48,442 bases of DNA from a bacterium. Its GTDB lineage: Bacteria > Myxococcota_A > UBA9160 > UBA4427. The notes below the pieces were generated by a model. That model searched no databases, was not told where the DNA came from, and saw only the letters and a program-made list of their open reading frames with translations. Both the position numbers and the translations under genes were made by a program. This document shows, one piece after another, positions 45,820-48,442 of this stretch. The stretch is from positions 1 to 48,442 of the forward strand of contig JAUIMK010000003.1 in NCBI GenBank assembly GCA_030432735.1, written 5' to 3'. Numbering within the stretch: the stretch's first letter is position 1; each line of letters begins with the position of its first letter.

Positions 45820-47193
45820 CTAGGCCGACCGCTCCGCGAGGACTCGATCCACGAGAACGCGCTCGTCGTCGATCCCGGTCTCGTCCTGGATCTCCCGGGC
45901 CCGCGCGAGCAGGCGCCCGAGCTCCGGTCCCGCCTCCACGCCGCGACGCATCAGCGTGGCCGCATGGACGACGTCCTCCCGCGGCCCGCGCTCGACGAAG
46001 GCGTCCCGCGCGGCGGCGAGGAACGCGGCGCCCTCGTCGAAGCGCTCCGCTCGGGCGTCCGCGGTCGTGCGCCCGAGATGGTCCGCCCGCGCGACGCGTT
46101 CGAGGTCGATCGGCGTGAGGCCCGCCGCGGCGAGCTTCCGAGCCAGACGTCGATAGCCCCGCGCCTTCGCCCCGTTCTTCACGTAGAGCGCGGGCGCCAG
46201 GTGGTAGCGGACCAGCACCGCGACCGCCGCGATCCGACGCTCGCCGAGGCGAAGCGCGCGAAGCCACGCGCGGGTGATCGCCGCTCCTTCCTCGTCGTGC
46301 GCGTAGGACCGAACGCGCCCGTCGTCGCCGATCGTCGTCGTCGACGGCTTGCCCAGGTCGTGACACAGCGCGCTCCAGAGCAGGACGGCGCGGGCCTCCC
46401 CCCGGATCGCCTCCTGCCGCGCGATCTTCGCCGCCCGGTCGACGACCATGCCCGTGTGCACGAAGACGTCGCCTTCCGGATGCCAGGCCGGGTCCTGGGG
46501 CACGCCGCGGAGCGCAGCGAGCGGCGGAAAGACGTCGAGCTGTCCCAGGGCATCGAGTCGTCCGATCGCGCGCCACGGCGCCGGCAGCTCGAGGAGCATC
46601 CGGTCGAGCTCGCCGGCCAGTCGCTCGACGGGAACGTCGGTGAGATCGAGCCGGCGGCAGAGTCCCACCAGCTCGGCGTCGGGCTCCATCTCGAGGGCCG
46701 CCGCCAGGCGAGCCACCCGGAGCACGCGAAGCGGGTCGTCGCCGAAGGTCGTGACGTCACAGGCGCGCAGGCGGCGGTCGCCGAGGTCGCGCCGACCGTC
46801 GAAGGGATCGAGCACTTCGCCGGTCAGCGGATCGAACGCCATCGCGTTGATGCGGAGATCCCGCCCCCGCGCCGACCGTGCGAAGTCGAGCGCGGGGTCC
46901 GGATCGCCGTCCGCCCCGAAGCGCGGGCGAGCCACGTCGATGCCTTCGCGGGTATGCCGCCAGACCGCGAAGCTCCGACCGACGCGGGAGGTGAAGCCCC
47001 GCGGCCCGAGCACCGCTTCGATCCGCTCGTCGGAGAGCCCGTAGACCTCGAGGTCGAGATCCTTCGACGCGGCGCCGCGCGCGGCGTCCCGCACCCAACC
47101 ACCGACGACGTAGAGCCGACCGCCCTCGGCCTCGAAGGCCCGCGCGAGCGCGTGGACGAATTCCGGGAGACGGGAGGGATCCGGGTCCGTCAC
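45820..47193 (-). CDS. Class II tRNA nucleotidyltransferase with HD domain (possibly CC-adding)
   Basis: VVGGWVRD, KDLD, RDLRINAM, DDPLRVLR, WHPEGDVFVHT, CHDLGK. Confidence 0.9.
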   Translation of the reverse strand: MTDPDPSRLPEFVHALARAFEAEGGRLYVVGGWVRDAARGAASKDLDLEVYGLSDERIEAVLGPRGFTSRVGRSFAVWRHTREGIDVARPRFGADGDPDPALDFARSARGRDLRINAMAFDPLTGEVLDPFDGRRDLGDRRLRACDVTTFGDDPLRVLRVARLAAALEMEPDAELVGLCRRLDLTDVPVERLAGELDRMLLELPAPWRAIGRLDALGQLDVFPPLAALRGVPQDPAWHPEGDVFVHTGMVVDRAAKIARQEAIRGEARAVLLWSALCHDLGKPSTTTIGDDGRVRSYAHDEEGAAITRAWLRALRLGERRIAAVAVLVRYHLAPALYVKNGAKARGYRRLARKLAAAGLTPIDLERVARADHLGRTTADARAERFDEGAAFLAAARDAFVERGPREDVVHAATLMRRGVEAGPELGRLLARAREIQDETGIDDERVLVDRVLAERSA

Positions 47194-47206
47194 GGACGAT
47201 CCGACC

Positions 47207-47452
47207 TCAAACGATCTCGTCCTCGTCGAGCTCCTTCACGCAGATGGGATGGGGTGAGAACTCGGGTCCCCCTTCCCACCCCGGGATCTGCGCCGCCTGC
47301 GCGAGCCAGGACTGGGCCAGGGACTCGTCGAGCGCGACGTCGTTGTTGTCGAAGGCCTCCGTGATGGACTCCCACAGGTCGCGGCCCCCGTTCTCCCACC
47401 ACTCGGGGGCCGGGTTTTCGAAGTCGATGGCCAGCTTGATCATCTTGTTCAT
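47207..47452 (-). CDS. Small acidic Trp-rich hypothetical protein
   Basis: GGGGA SD; tightly packed in an operon; non-shadow amino-acid composition. Confidence 0.8.
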   Translation of the reverse strand: MNKMIKLAIDFENPAPEWWENGGRDLWESITEAFDNNDVALDESLAQSWLAQAAQIPGWEGGPEFSPHPICVKELDEDEIV

Positions 47453-47461
47453 GGGTCCCCC

Positions 47462-47782
47462 CTACTTGCGACGCACCCGGGGCTTCCACCCGTACGTCTC
47501 GAGATCGATGCGCCCACGCCGGTCGAAGCCGACGCCCTCCGCTTCGAGGAGCGAGCGCTGGAGATCGGCATACGTGCGCTCAGCGCGGGCGCTGATCTCG
47601 CCCTTCGCGTTGATCACGCGATGCCACGGCACGTTCTCGTCGCCGGACAGCGCGTGGAGCGCATACCCCACCTGCCGCGCCGCCCGCGGCATCCCGGCGA
47701 GCGCGGCGACCTGACCATAAGTCGAGACCCGCCCTTCCGGAATCCGCTTCACCACGCGATAGACCGGGGCCCATCCGCTCAC
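47462..47782 (-). CDS. Alkyltransferase-like protein (Atl/YbaZ, MGMT family)
   Basis: [23 protein letters not shown] (Trp replaces the catalytic Cys); GTG overlaps the upstream stop. Confidence 0.92.
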   Translation of the reverse strand: MSGWAPVYRVVKRIPEGRVSTYGQVAALAGMPRAARQVGYALHALSGDENVPWHRVINAKGEISARAERTYADLQRSLLEAEGVGFDRRGRIDLETYGWKPRVRRK

Positions 47783-48442
47783 GCGGCGAGTCCCGAGTGT
47801 CGCAGCAGCGCCTCCGGCGAAGGGGCCCGCCCGCGGAAGGCCTCGAAGACCTCCATCGGGGGCGCGCCGCCGCCGAGGGCGAGCACGGTCTCGCGGAAGC
47901 GCCTTCCGGTCTCGACGACCGCCGCCTCGTCGTCGAGCCCGGCCTCCTCGAACGCCGAGAACGCATCCGCCGACAGGACCTCGGCCCACTTGTAGCTGTA
48001 GTAGCCCGCGGCGTATCCGCCGGCGAAGATGTGCCCGAAGCTGCAGAGAAAGCGGTCTTCGGGAAGCGGCGGCAGGACCGTCGTCTTCGCGGCCACCTCG
48101 CGCTGGACGTCGAAGATCGAGCGACCCGTCGTCGCCAGGTCCTCGCGGTGCAGCGTCATGTCCATCGTCGCGAGATAGAGCTGCCGGAGCATCGCGCTGC
48201 CGGCGCGAAACGTGCGCGCCGCCTCGATCTTCTCGAAGAGCTCCTCGGGCAGCGATTCGCCCGTCTCGTAATGACCCGACAGACCGAGCAGCGTCTCGCG
48301 GTGGTAGCACCAGTTCTCCATGAACTGACTCGGCAGCTCGACGGCGTCCCACTCGATGTTGCGGATCCCGGAAGCGAGGCCGTAGTCGACGCGTGTCAGC
48401 ATGTGCTGCAGGCCGTGCCCGAACTCGTGGAAGAGCGTGAGC
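47779..48442 (-). CDS. prlC: M3A oligopeptidase A, C-terminal part (partial at right edge)
   Basis: [49 protein letters not shown]. Confidence 0.92.
   Translation of the reverse strand, partial: LTLFHEFGHGLQHMLTRVDYGLASGIRNIEWDAVELPSQFMENWCYHRETLLGLSGHYETGESLPEELFEKIEAARTFRAGSAMLRQLYLATMDMTLHREDLATTGRSIFDVQREVAAKTTVLPPLPEDRFLCSFGHIFAGGYAAGYYSYKWAEVLSADAFSAFEEAGLDDEAAVVETGRRFRETVLALGGGAPPMEVFEAFRGRAPSPEALLRHSGLAA

Noticed and set aside
47462-47782. Inactivated O6-methylguanine methyltransferase as a novelty
   Set aside because: PWHRV is the normal signature of the well-known Atl/YbaZ family

Overview
Very GC-rich bacterial chromosome segment (GC not computed). Gene content (MCP, REC-PilZ, PEGA and OmpA proteins, lipoproteins, many actinobacteria-like catabolic enzymes) suggests a diderm Myxococcota/deltaproteobacterium-like organism; this is inference. 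I find about 49 credible CDSs and one initiator tRNA-Met; most other ORF-track entries are GC-driven shadow frames. Left: TPR/Slt-like gene (partial), GH10-like lipoprotein-queA-tgt, MCP, ROK kinase, REC-PilZ, tRNA-fMet. Middle (11-34 kb): accessory catabolic and redox genes. Right: HelD-like ATPase, an ExbB plus two ExbD-like operon, PEGA protein, LuxR regulator, OmpA protein, tRNA nucleotidyltransferase, Atl and oligopeptidase A (partial). Top observations: (1) a probable selenoprotein split into two ORFs by the track (in-frame UGA in a UxxC motif plus a SECIS-like hairpin, 13286-14425); (2) a three-gene ion-motor-like system with a Zn-ribbon ExbB and two coiled-coil ExbD-like subunits, only one with the TM Asp; (3) a stand-alone FtsH-type M41 domain with HExxH changed to RExxR; (4) three sigma28-like promoters; (5) several apparently leaderless genes; (6) a 21-bp-period repeat array after the tRNA. 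No integrase, transposase, CRISPR or rRNA was seen.
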